From NCBI GenBank assembly GCA_038496445.1, contig JALMLS010000281.1:62001-126000 (forward strand): a DNA stretch of 64,000 bases, written 5' to 3'. Origin of the DNA: Trichosphaerium sp. ATCC 40318. Taxonomy: Eukaryota; Protista; Tubulinea. The position numbers and the translations under genes were made by a program. This document shows positions 11,300 through 23,818 of the stretch, one piece after another. The notes beneath the pieces are model-generated. The model made no database searches, had not been told where the DNA came from, and saw nothing but the letters and a program-made list of their open reading frames with translations. Each line of letters begins with the position of its first letter. Within the stretch, counting starts at the first letter, position 1.

Positions 11300-12663
11300 C
11301 TACCACACTCCTCCAGCTCCACCACCGCCTTCTGAAGTACCTCCACCGAACTCCATCAGAGCTTTAAACGTCTTTGTATACTTTGTTACTTCCTTTGATT
11401 GCATTAGTTTACCCAAACTAACTTTTTCTTCTTCTCGTATGAGCTTGTAAGAAACACCAATAATACTAAGTTAAATAGTGAGTTAAGCCAGTACACTCAT
11501 ATAAGAGTAAAAGAGTACGCACATCATGATCCATAGCAGAATCAAAAGCAAGAAAGTAGCTGGATGGTGTTTTGCAGGCCTATTTACATACATGTGATTT
11601 TTCCGAATAATTTTATCAATCAATACAATTCCATGATGCAACGCTTTATCGTACTCTCCTGATTGATAAAAGATATGTTAAAGAATGTTGCAATACTAAT
11701 AAGAGCACCGCACCTGTATTGAGGTAAGGCTTCATTGAATCAACGACAATCTTTGCATCTCTAGTAGATAGCAAAAGCATCATATCTGCTCCAGTTGTAA
11801 TGTATATAGCTCTATCAACCTTTGACACAAACACCATGATACCGGAGTTACAGTCATTGAATCTACATATACTAAATACCGTATTTAAATACATTCCAGT
11901 TGTACCCAACACCCCAACGATCATGTAAAGCAGTAGCAAATTGCTTAGCAAACTAGCAAAAAAAAATAAGAAAAAATTAAGAGCAATCCTCTTCACATTA
12001 CAGTTGCGTACATAAGACTTATCTGCTCGTTTGTTCATGGCACTAATTATATTGAATACAGAAGATGTGAAATCACCTTTATACTCTAACTGCCTAAGCC
12101 GGTACAAAAAGTTTTTACAAGCATTAAACAATCCTAGTGTATTATCCATTCCATTAATTACAGCCAAACCAACTTGAGGATATCTATCATTCCTCATCTT
12201 CATATCACTCATTTTATTAATGACGTTGTCAATAGCATCGCAAACACTCTGAGATAGGATGTCATTGGGATTTGAAACCCAAGAGACCTTCCCTCGTCTT
12301 CCATTACGTTCGGGCTCCTAACGCCGTTAGTACCAGCGAAAGCTGCAAGCTGTTATGTACAGTTATCGGGTTAGGTATCTCGGAGGCATTCCAAAACTCT
12401 TGTACTTTATTCTTACTACCAATCTTATCCTCCATGGCTAACTTAGCTTTGTTTACAGTTTGCGTTGTTAAGTTTTCTTTGTATGAGCTATAGAAGCGTA
12501 GGTTGTTTCTTATACGCTTTTTGACAACGTAGCGCTTATCATTATGACTGTTTCGGCTGTTTGTGCGCAGTATAGCTGTAGTCGTGTAGGAAAGGCAGCA
12601 ATAACGCTATAAAGTAGCATTAATATGCGTAGCTGCAATGAATGGATCCCGTACAAGTGCCAT
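11300..12663 (-). CDS. TPM (TLP18.3/Psb32/MOLO-1) domain membrane protein
   Basis: IPNP, VSNPNDILS, GIMVFVSKVDRAIYITTG and MKPYL motifs, one TM helix, and the Gly-rich C-terminus FGGGTSEGGGGAGGVW*. Confidence 0.75.
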
Positions 12664-13093
12664 GTTGTTTTTAGACTTTGACGCTTTATAGGAACTAACT
12701 TAGCGGTTGTTAAGTCTACCTTTGAACTCAGTCTTCACGTGAACTTTATGTTTTTTATTAACAAGTGAATCTCTCATGAACACAAAAAGCAAATTTCGTG
12801 TCAATGAGGCTTACATACAATCATTTCAAGCACAAAAGGCTCACTGTTTATATTCTCATACCTTTCAAGTGCACTCCTGCTGCCCTTAGTGTAGCTGTAG
12901 ACTCTAAGTTAAAGGTATCTTCGTCTTCAACAATCATCGAAACCCATCACTAACCAACTTGTTTAGGTTTACTTTGGTGGTAAAAACAATACAAATTTGT
13001 CACGTGATTTATTAACTCACATTAATAAATGAAATGAGCTTCAGCAGTTTAGCAAATTCAATGATTTAGAATAGTGCTACAACTAAGCTATTT

Positions 13094-16000
13094 CTACAAC
13101 TCAATTTCCATTGAATCTATATTCATACTTGCTAATAACTCCTCATAAGGTGGTTTTATACGATACTCAAAAGAAGCTTTTGATGGATGAAGTTCCATTA
13201 ATGCAATTGAAGAACTCATCCATTCCTCAGCAGCACTCAATTTTCCTATTCTCCAAAAATGAACACCTGAATTAAAAGCTTTGATGAGTAGCCATTCAAG
13301 CTCATTTGGAGGAAAAGAAGAGCTATCAGGTAGTTCTAGAGAGATTTTAATATTAAAAAAGCAGAAAAAACGTTTTTAATGATGCACCTCGTATGTAATT
13401 AAGAACTTGATTGAATAGCCTCTTTTTCCACTCTTCACCTCTTCTAATGGTCAATAATTGACGATAAATAGGTGCTGATTTTTCTGGATTCTTCTCAGCT
13501 ATGTAATGATCCAAAACAATCCCAAGAGCTTTCGTTGCAACTAATCAAAAAAAAAACAACAATTAAGTCAAGTCAACGCACTTGACGTCTTAAGCCACAA
13601 AAAATAGACAAAAAAACAAAAGTCGTACGCTTAGGGAATCTAGAAATAGAGCACTTTGCAGCGTTTGCCAGGAGGTCAAAGGAGTCACTGCTGGCAGTTG
13701 ATATTCTCGAAAAAGCGAGTAGTGATTCTTCTGCTTTTGAGAGGTTGTTGAGTCTTGCGTGTACCTCAAACTCAATACAACATATCATAGCATATATACT
13801 ATCTGTATTTTTATCAGTGTCGTTTGATAATTTTCGACATTGTTCACATGCTTCTAGAGCATTTTGAAGATTTTGTTTATATTGGGTTTTTTCGTCCTCT
13901 GTGAGAGGGTCACCTTGTTGATGAATATACGTAATAATAGATGACGCAGATATAATAAGACACTGTCTTCTCTTACCAAGTAGATCATCACTAACAGGCA
14001 AGAACCCAGCAAGCTTAAATAAAACATTAAAGGATTCAAATTTTTTTGAATTAGCAAAACTCTAAAAAATCAAAGGACGCACCTCTGAAGCGTTACGGAA
14101 TAGTCTATGAGCTTGAACATTTTTCTCTGATTTCAAAGCATTCAAGCTAATCGAAATAAGTTAGTAATGAGTTCTTGTATCAGAAAGCATTTTATGTACC
14201 CTACATTCCATGCAAAAGAGAAAAGCCACTCAATTTCTTTAGCATTAGTATTCGTTATCTTGGACACTCCTTGTAATCTTATTTTCTCACATACTGACTC
14301 AAGGAGAGTGTATATTTTCTCATAAGTTAAAATATTGTCTTGTGTTCTTCGAGACATTATAAGAAAACTTAAAATTTGATAAGGGTTTCTACGTACTTCG
14401 TAGCAACTTCATAAAGAGAAAGAAGCGACCTTACAACCTGACAGTATCTACCTTTTTTATCTTCACTTGGTTTCATTATTTCTATTAGTCTTTCTAAGCA
14501 TCTTGCAGCAACATCACTTAGGTTATGCTAATTAGAATTCAGTTAGAGTTAGGCACGTTTTATTCTTCATGAATACCTGATTCGCTTTGTATGCGCATAT
14601 TTCTAAGTATTGTTGGTCAACATCTGGCGCTTCGCAAAGGTTTTTCAGGCACCCAAGGACTAGTTTAATTAGGTAATAGTATATTTCGCCTTTTTGTACC
14701 TTTATTGTGATCCTTCTGTTGAAGGTAAACATCAAAAAGCAAGAATTGAGTTGAAGGATTTTTTTGATTACTTTCAAGGCTACTACATTCCTCAGCAATC
14801 ATACAAGCGTTATCAAGCTGGTTAAGTGCCATGTGACATAAAGCCATAACTCTTTGTATTGATTAGCACAACAAGTCTAATGAAGAAGAACCACAGTACC
14901 TAAGCACTTTGCATCTTGTCTCCCAATCCTCAGGACCTTGGGAAAAAAAAAGTCAGACTAAGCAACCCAGTGACTTATATCTAACAGCAAGAAATCGTTT
15001 TCCCGCAACCTTACCTAGTAATTGTTGTCCGCGTTGATACCAATCCAGAGCAGCTTCATATTTTTCTAGTAGAATTGAATAAAACGATTTTAATTTAAGT
15101 GGCACCCAAGTACCTTCTTGATAAAGTTGTGTTGCTTTATTCCATACTATGCAATGAAACTTATGTAATATTGGAGCGCTGATCTATTATATACTGAATA
15201 AGCTTCATGAATACCAGCAGGTGTAAAATACCTTTGATTCACCACTGTTATGACCTGTTGTATGAATACAAAAATAAATAAGAAAGAAATAAGAAAATCA
15301 TGCCGAAAATATCTCAACAATAAATTATCACGTGCCTGTAATGACTTTCTCTAAAATTGTGATAGATGCATCTCTATCGCATCGGTGTTGTAGTAATATC
15401 TCAAACTCCAAAAGTCGAATAGTGTCCAGCTCTGGAGACCGTGCGAATACCTTAAATATTTCTTTGCAAATCTTGGATGCCAATACTGCCCTAACTTTAT
15501 CTTAGATTTGTCTCGCAACCCTATGTATCCATACTTGTTATGTTCAATTGCGTAATTGACTAATACTATCGCCCTACATGGGTATCAGAACGAAGATTTT
15601 AGATAACAAAATCACAGAAGCAAAATTACGGTTTTCCTTTACTTACTGCTTCAAAGTGCAAGATTCGTGGCGTAAAGTTTGCATAACACAATCTAAAGCT
15701 GATTGCTCGTCTGACACAACTATGAATAGCTTTGTGCGTAGATATACGCCGCCAGGATGTTGGTGAACCTGTAAAATCATTAATTGATTGAAAGCAGAAC
15801 CGTCATGCCTTATTAGCCTTCTCGATACATTTTAGCGCTTGTTGGTGCCGTTTTAGCGAAATAAGGCATGCTGAGAGAAGCCTGAGAGCTCTAGAGTGAC
15901 TGGTCGGGTCGCTAAACAAACTTTGAGTCAAATCTTAGACAGCAAGCGTTGATGGTTCGAACCACGATGGATTTCGTTCTTGGAGCTCTAATGACAATTA

Positions 16001-16867
16001 AAGAAAGGTGTGAAAGCATTACAACGTACCAACCGACTTGTTCAACCAGAACGTAGCATTCTCGAATGATCTAGACTCTCTTAAGTCTACTGCGAAGTTG
16101 TAGCATATCTGTGCGAGCTGTGATGATTGAGAAGCTTCAGTGATACTATTTTCAGCCTTTAAACACCATTGTTTGGCTTTTTCTGACTTTTCGTTTAACC
16201 ACATCTTTTGTTACAGTTAGCGCGTAGATACTGACTACGCGTACTTGTGTAGCATCTGTACACAGTTTAAATAACTCAATCTGGACTTGAGGACCATTGC
16301 AATGGTTGCGAAAACAGTCTTCAGCGCGTAGCCAGTAGTTGTCGGCAAGCGTAGAATTTTTTTCTTCTACAATTGTTTAGGATTTGATGTACAAAGCATA
16401 CATGCTTGCCTCCAAATATTTTAGCCGTGCTTGCTAGCATTTGACCTAACGTTAAAAAATTCCCTTTGTGTTGGGAGCAGACAAGCTGCATTACGTCGCA
16501 AACAAGTTTTCTGATTCAGTGAGCTGTGTTTAGTGTAGGCGCACTCTTACCTTGTAAACTTTACGTGCGGACAGGGTTCTTTGCCTCTCGTCGCTGAAGT
16601 CGTAGAATTCCACACCTTGGGTGAAATAAGCAAACTACCACGAAAAGTAACGTACTTCAAGAATTATACTTTTTATCGAATAGGCTTCTTCCCTTGTTAC
16701 AGCATCCACTTCAATTAACAGAGCTTGACAAGAGCTCAAGGCAGTGTTTATTTCATGCATTTCATCTTTAGACTTCAGCAATGACAACAGCTTCGTCAGA
16801 GCAACTTGATTTTGTTAACATTGACATAGCAATAGAATGAATTACCTTCTAGTTGAGATGTGGCCAT
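13094..16867 (-). CDS. TEX11: Meiotic TPR protein ZIP4/SPO22/TEX11
   Basis: Large multi-exon helical protein with AQICYNFAVDL..FENATFWLNKS, FHCIVWNKATQLYQ, EIEWLFSFAWNVG and C-terminal FPPNELEWLLIKAFNSG...AEEWMSSSI. Confidence 0.8.
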
Positions 16868-17050
16868 TTGATGAGTACCTTGTCTATGATTGGATGCCTT
16901 AACCAAGTGTTAAGGCACCGTCAAATAAACCTTGCAAAAGAGTGTGATATAAAGCCGCCTTTATTCTTACATTCTTCGTATAAATAGTGTATAGCTAAAC
17001 AATGAAATGACCGAAAGGCCCTTCAGTAAAATACAGAAAATAAGTGTCAT

Positions 17051-18330
17051 TTACATTCGTAGTAAAGGATGTCGGTGACCGATACGGCCAATCAAAAAAC
17101 TCTTTGACGATACTTGTCTTCCAGCAATAACACGCTGCAAAGATTTGATAAGTTTGTACCCTGTATATGTGCCAATAGGCAATACAACAAATGGCGCCAA
17201 TGCGAGTGACACAGCACCTAAAATAGAAATGCGTTATTGGATACAAAAATACATGTCTGCTTACCAACAAGTACAAGAACTTGAGCTATTCGTATAGTAT
17301 CTGCAACTTCCACGCCATCTTGTGATTCCAGTGTAGTAACACTATTCCAAAATTCATTATAGCGCGTGTATAGTGCGTATAATCCACAGCAAATGATGCC
17401 ATAGAATAATAACAAGGAAAGAAGTGAAACACCACAGCCAATAACTATAGACCCTGGTACAGGTTTTTTTAAATACCTATTGGTTGTGAGTAATAGCGAC
17501 CCTAACAGTCCTTTTTTAATGTCAATCGTACTTTGCAAATAAATATCTACCAATTGGACCTATGTAGGAGTGAGTGAACTCATGAAACTTAGTGTTTTTT
17601 TCTGAGAAACTAAACTCCAAAAAAGAACGAACCATCGGCTAGTATTTTTGAGCTCAAATATGAAGTCGAAGCAACTGTCACAAGAGTGACAAGTGCGCAC
17701 GGTGCAAGTGTAACCATAAATGATCCGGGGAGTTGTATCCAAAGCACAAACGGAAGCATTGCACCAAGGGCTGTGTTAAGTCCTTCACAAGGTTAAAACT
17801 TGAACGAGAAAAAAAGTAAATTTACCTGCAATTGTGAAGTGACTCACTGGTCCCACCTGGTGCTTGTTAGCGCACGTGGTACTTAAAATAAGGTTTCGTA
17901 CCAACTTCATCGCTTGTTTAAACTCTTTCTTGCTCACGTGATGGTGTATATGTTGAACCTCTGGCTACTTAGCTAAAAATTGACTCAAAAAGCGTCAAAA
18001 TTGTAGACACTGCTGTAGTGATAGCATACCTTCTTTTGTCATCTGTGAAGGAGGTTCCATAGCGTGTAATTCTTCCTCTGCCTCTTCTTCCGTTATAGTT
18101 GATTCGGTATCGGTTACAACCTTTGGTTTAGAGCTCGAGGAGTAGTGTCGCCGAAATGTAACGACGTTAAACCAAAAAGGCTGTTTTGGTTGAAGATTTT
18201 TCATCCCAAGCCTATTTCCAAGTATACGGACGTGTCGTTGAGGTGATGTAACTATTTTCGTACGTTTACTGGAGAAAACACGCGATTGAGGTCGTAGGCA
18301 TAAAGCACTACGCGCACTAAACGCTAACAT
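17051..18330 (-). CDS. Unknown membrane protein with a mitochondrial-type presequence
   Basis: Arg/Ser-rich N-terminus lacking acidic residues, ending FRRHYSSS. Several hydrophobic segments in the downstream exons. Confidence 0.5.
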
Positions 18331-18475
18331 GAATGACAACACTAACAACGTCAATATCACACAAGTTTTGCAAGTTCTGTGACCTCATTTGAACGTTGAA
18401 ATAAAAAAACTAAAGCAATTTTTTTCTAAAGTTGTATCGTTTATTTTACATGCGTTGATTTAAATATGACAGGTT

Positions 18476-19326
18476 TTAGCTCGCGTTTTGTGTTGCGCTT
18501 TCGTGTACATACTCAAGCGATGCAGCTATGTTCTTCATGTCACTTTCTATGCTGCTAGACCAGTTTTCAATGTCTCCGAGCTCCTTTAACAACTGTTAGT
18601 CGTTTTTTCGTGGATGGAAAAGAAAGAAAAAGTTTTTCTCTTTGTTTGAAATGTATCTCCTTCAGCGCCCACGACTGGCTTTACATACGACAGCAGTGCA
18701 GATAGAAAGAGAAAATGACTCGATTTACGGCCCATAAAATAAGTAACCTTGACACGCGCATAACACTTCAAATAGCGAGATGCATGGGTGAATGGCCGAA
18801 ATGTTGAAGAAAGTTGAGAAAAAGCGCAAACATACCTTCAACGAGTTATTAAAGTTGTTGAGTAGCTGTATCCAGTTGGCTGACAGCTTATTAAGGCGTT
18901 CTGCCTGACGTTCTAATTCGCGAGCTTCTTGCTCTAGTACTCTCTATAGTACCATCAGGTTTTGTAGATCATTAACATGCGTTGTGTCATGGTTCGTGAT
19001 GTTTTGTTTATGAATTAAATTGACTAAAAGCCAAAAATCTAGCCGTAGCCAAAACGAAACTGACATTTTGTGGCTCTACGCGCGTACTTGATTTAAGAAC
19101 ACCCTAGATACATCTGCGTTTATCGAGTCCATCATTAAATTGGTTGCGCGACCAACTGATCCTACTACAGCGCGTCGTAGTTTATCTTTTGAGCGTCAGA
19201 ATGTGATAATTTGTAAATTAACAGCTTTAACGCACCATTTTTCTCTCGCACTTGGTTACAGTTAGACTGATGCTCACGCATCAGTTGAGAGAGTTTATTA
19301 AAGTTCTTTGGCTTTGTGTCGGACAT
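18476..19326 (-). CDS. BLOC1S1: BLOC-1 subunit 1 (GCN5L1/BLOS1)
   Basis: Spliced protein contains [52 protein letters not shown]. Confidence 0.92.
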
Positions 19327-19447
19327 CGTGGGCACTTTTTGAACTAAAACTTAACTGGTTTAAGCTGAGACAATATCACGTTGGCCTCCAACACAGTAGT
19401 GGTAGTGTAAAGAGTTAGACAAATAGTTGCTGACATTTCTGTGGAAC

Positions 19448-20121
19448 ATGTCTGAAAAACAATACTCATCGATCGTTGCGCAAGTAAAGTCCATTGTAGA
19501 TGGAGAACGAGACCTAATAGCTAATTTGGCAAACACAGCTGGCACGCAATTCATACAAATGTTAACTGACTATTTCTAGCGATACTCTACGCTGAGTTAA
19601 ACGCATTAAAAGGAGGTAAAGTGAATTGGGTAGGTTTCTACATGTACAAACAAAACCAGCTCGTATTGGGACCGTTCCAAGGTATCACCAAGCGTAAAAA
19701 TACCTTAGACGCTATTAACAACTTTTAAAAGGTAAAGTAGCGTGCATACGCATTCCAATGGGAAAAGGTGTTTGTGGCACTGCTGCCAAAGAGTTAAAAA
19801 CCCAGGTACTACCGTTATTAGCGACCTCGTCGGGTTCTAATGTTTGTCTTTACGTAGCTTGTTGAAGACGTTCACAAGTTTCCTGGACATATTGCTTGTG
19901 ACGCCACTAGTGAATCAGAAATTGTTGTACCACTTGTGTCACGTGATGGTGTACGTTGTTTCATATTGTCAAAGGTTAAAAAAATCTAAATATTTGGTTT
20001 TTACTAGAAGCTGTTGGGTGTCATTGATCTTGATTCAACAGCAAAGAGCGGATATGGTGCAGAGGACAAGCGCATAGTAGAGGAAATTGCAACCATACTT
20101 GTAGATGGGTGTGATTGGTGA
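19448..20121 (+). CDS. msrC: Free methionine-R-sulfoxide reductase (GAF domain, fRMsr)
   Basis: [56 protein letters not shown] and GVIDLDS. Confidence 0.95.
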
Positions 20122-20348
20122 ATAACATAAAAGTTGCAATTTTTTTTCATAAACAAGTACTCCATTTTTTAAGCAAGATTTTTTGGCTTGAATAAATTTG
20201 TACCACGACATCACAGTCATATCGTTTCGCTACAAAATACATGCTTGGGAGAAAATATAGCAATGAATACAAAATTTTTATTTATTGCTTTAAGCTACGT
20301 GACATCTGTCGCTGTGTAACACTATTATTTTGTACACATACCATGAAC

Positions 20349-21757
20349 TCAACAATCAAGGGAATACCCAGCTGTTGTCATAATGGAGTATTGAGTTTTG
20401 CTGTAAAAAGGAAATATATGACGGGTACACTTGTTTCCTTTTTTTAGATTAATTAGTTATGAATACAAATTTGAGTACCCATAGTCTCCTGTGAGCCAAT
20501 ACGTACACCAGTGCCCAAATATCTACACTATGTTATCAAATGTAATACGGTTTTCTTTGACACTGTACTGTAGGCTCTCTTGGGTCATCACGTGTTTCAA
20601 TTGAGTAGCATTCACATGCTCCAGCATCTTTTTTTTTGTATTATTAAACAAGTATAAAATACAACTACAAGAACATGAGCACTAAAGTAATATTGCCTAT
20701 TGCACTAACAACATCGAAACTAGTTTCTTTTCTAGTTTTGTAGACGCTTGCCAGGTTTTTGAAGCGAAATCAATAGTGTTCGTGTCATGTTCTTGTAGTG
20801 GGTATGTATAAACTTTTTACTTGCCTACATACTCTGTGACCAGTACATGTTTGTCTGTTAGACATTCTGCTGTGTCTTTACAAGGAATTTGCCAATAAAC
20901 ATACCCATTTCCAGGCTCACAGCTCTCGTATTCCTCATCAGACATTGTCCGCAAAGACCTGATTTCTTTTGTTGCTCCAATTACTCTATCACATGAAAAA
21001 CGAGTCATATCAGCACTGAAACCATTGCTGAATAGTTGTGCTTCAATGAAGTCAAAAGGTAGAATTACATTTAGTTCTTCTTCAACGCGTCTTATATCTT
21101 CCCAAGATGCACCTGAAAGAAAAAATAAGGGAATGCAACTGTTACCACTGCACTACCTGGACTTTGCTTAGACGGCCAATCTGACTCTGATCTAGTTAGA
21201 TACAGCCAAACGCGTTGCTTTATTGCTAGTCTAAACAAGTATAGTTTATGCCAGGAAGAAACTGAACCTGTGTCCCATTTATGCTTGAAATAAACAGTTA
21301 ATAACTCTAAGAAAAACAGTACATACTGAAATGTAAAACTTCGCCCTGACGATTTGTTGCCAATTTTTATTTGCCATACCAGTCCAAGCTTTACAAACAA
21401 ACATAAAAGTTGGGCCTTCAAACACGTGCCATATCTAAACAAGGTGTTTTCAAAACAAGAAACAAGAAAAAACAATTGATTAATAACGAAACAGTAGTGC
21501 TTCTGGTAACTAACATAAGAATGCCTCGTATATGAAAACGCAACGTTTACATGCTCCGTATTTACCTGTACCCATATCTCTGGCGGAATATCTCCAACGA
21601 ACAATATAGTATTATCTACTCCTGTATTTACACGTTTTTGAGGTGGTTCTGGGTTCAATAACTTTTTCTTTCCACCCAAGCGGCGAACTTGTCGTGTATC
21701 CAACACTTCTTCATCGTCCGAAGGTAGATGTATAAACAGTTCTTTCTCGGTTTCCAT
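20349..21757 (-). CDS. F-box protein with a probable SMI1/KNR4-like domain
   Basis: F-box DIPPEIWVQIW...VCKAW, followed by RVEEELNVILPFDFIEAQLFSNG. The 3' end is approximate. Confidence 0.55.
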
Positions 21758-22050
21758 CAAGGTGATATCAGCCGCGCACGTGATAAAATATAACCTATTG
21801 CAACTTGCAATTGTTGTTGACTTAAGCCTGTGAGGATTTTGGCTCATTGCTCACTGTAGAATCTTTGCTGGTCACTTTCGTCCTTGAGGGTGTGGATTTG
21901 TAATAACGATTTGGGCATTCCAGTGGTGCTACACAACTATTCAACACAATGTACGTCTTCAACAAAAATTAGTTGTTGGTATTTTCTTTTGAACGCTTCA
22001 GTGAAATTGTCAAAAAAAAATAGCATTAAACACAGTCAACAAACTAAAAG

Positions 22051-23707
22051 ATGGCAGTATGTTATCCAATCTACGCCGGAGGAGGTAAATACGCATATTC
22101 AAGCTCCTGTATCGCCTTCTAACGAAAACTACAGATTTTCCTTTCGATGTATGGTATTTTCGCTATGGGCACTCTCTAAACGTTATTCCTGAAAGAAACA
22201 ACGCACTAGCTGTATTTGGCGGCTATAAAGGACCAAAAGACTTGTACGTCCATTAAAAGCGCCTAAAACGCTTTATCATATTCTAAAACAACAAATTAGA
22301 TACATTTTAGAACATTCAAATAAACTCGCTACTGGCAACAGTGAAGACTTGACTTGGAAAAAAAGTACAAAACCAAAAAAAAAAGGCTTTCACTGATTCT
22401 GTTTAAGCCGTATTAAAGGGCATACGTGGTAGAGCAGCTCAAGCTACGTTTAATATAGGATCTGATTTATACATACACGGTGGCTATAATAAGAGGGGAG
22501 TGTTGTCTGACATGGTAAAAGTAAATTTAGGTACGATCATCAGTTTCAGCAAAAACTCTTCTCTGTTGGCGCTCTAGAACTGTTTATTATTTACATTGTA
22601 GTAATGAGCCTTATGTGATTTAGAAACAATGGAAACAAGTATCCTTAAGTACAATAAGGTTACAGTAAACTGTGAACGTCGATGGCATTGTCATTTCTAC
22701 AGAAAAGAAGAAAATAAATTTTTCATACATGGTGGTTGGAATGCAGGAGGGCCACTGAACGATGTTCAAATATTTGATTTAAGTACGTAATTTCATGCCA
22801 AATAATCACGATATGATATTACCTTGTCAAGCCTAGTAAACTAACACGTAAAAGACACAAATGAGTGGAGCATTCCAACAATAACTGGAGCAGGTCCATC
22901 TCCAAGAAGGTATCAGTACTTTTGTTTTCTTTGATGTCAAACGATTGACATATATTTAGATGGCATAGTTTGGAACAGTTTGATAATACACAGTATATAA
23001 GTTTTGGAGGGTAAACAATATAAGAATTTTTTGAGAAATGTGACAAAAAAACCAATGCTTACTAAGTATCTTTTTAGGTATGACGGCGATCATTCGAAGC
23101 CTTTTGGAGATGTACATATATTAGATATAGAATCTGGTAAATGGTTTGAAGCAGTTACTAAAGGTACCCTTTCTTTGTTGTCTGTTGCCCACCAAACACT
23201 TAACTTCGCCGATCTTATGCAACCAGTTGAAACTCACGCTTTGGGTTTTTCAAACAAAACAATTGAACTAAAACAAGTGTTAGGACCTGCACCAGAACCA
23301 AGATCAAAACACGAAATGATTAGAATGTCTGATAAGCTGTTTTTACTTCTTGGAGGATCAAGTGATGTAGCGAGCGAAAAAGCCAAAAATCTTGTATTCC
23401 TACACAAAGGTACTTTCCGATTTTTTACATTCTTCTTTATTTAACGTACTCCATATTTCAGATGAAATGAGGTGGCAGAATATTGTACAAGAAGGTGAAT
23501 TACATCCAGTACGAAGAATATCTCATAAAGTACGTGCTTGAGCTCATTCATAAAAACAAAAACAAAAAACCAAATAATTTCTAATGTCATTTTTAGTCTA
23601 TCAGGGTTTCTGAGCATGGTATTGTTATGGTTGGTGGAGGAATACCAGATTATATAAACAATATTTATTTCCTAGACACACGCATGCTTAAGTGCGTCAA
23701 TAAATGA
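22051..23707 (+). CDS. Kelch-repeat beta-propeller protein
   Basis: Repeated R.(G/W)H...GG motifs: RYGHS..AVFGGY, YIHGGY, RRWHC..FIHGGW, PSPRRWHS, PEPRSKH..LLGG. Confidence 0.85.
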
Positions 23708-23818
23708 ATCAACTGCAGTATAATAGCGAATGTTTGCCACATTATCAGCGATATTTTGATCATTCGAAACAACTTTCTTTGTAGTAGGACATAAGTCATA
23801 TAGCTTTATTTATCTTGA

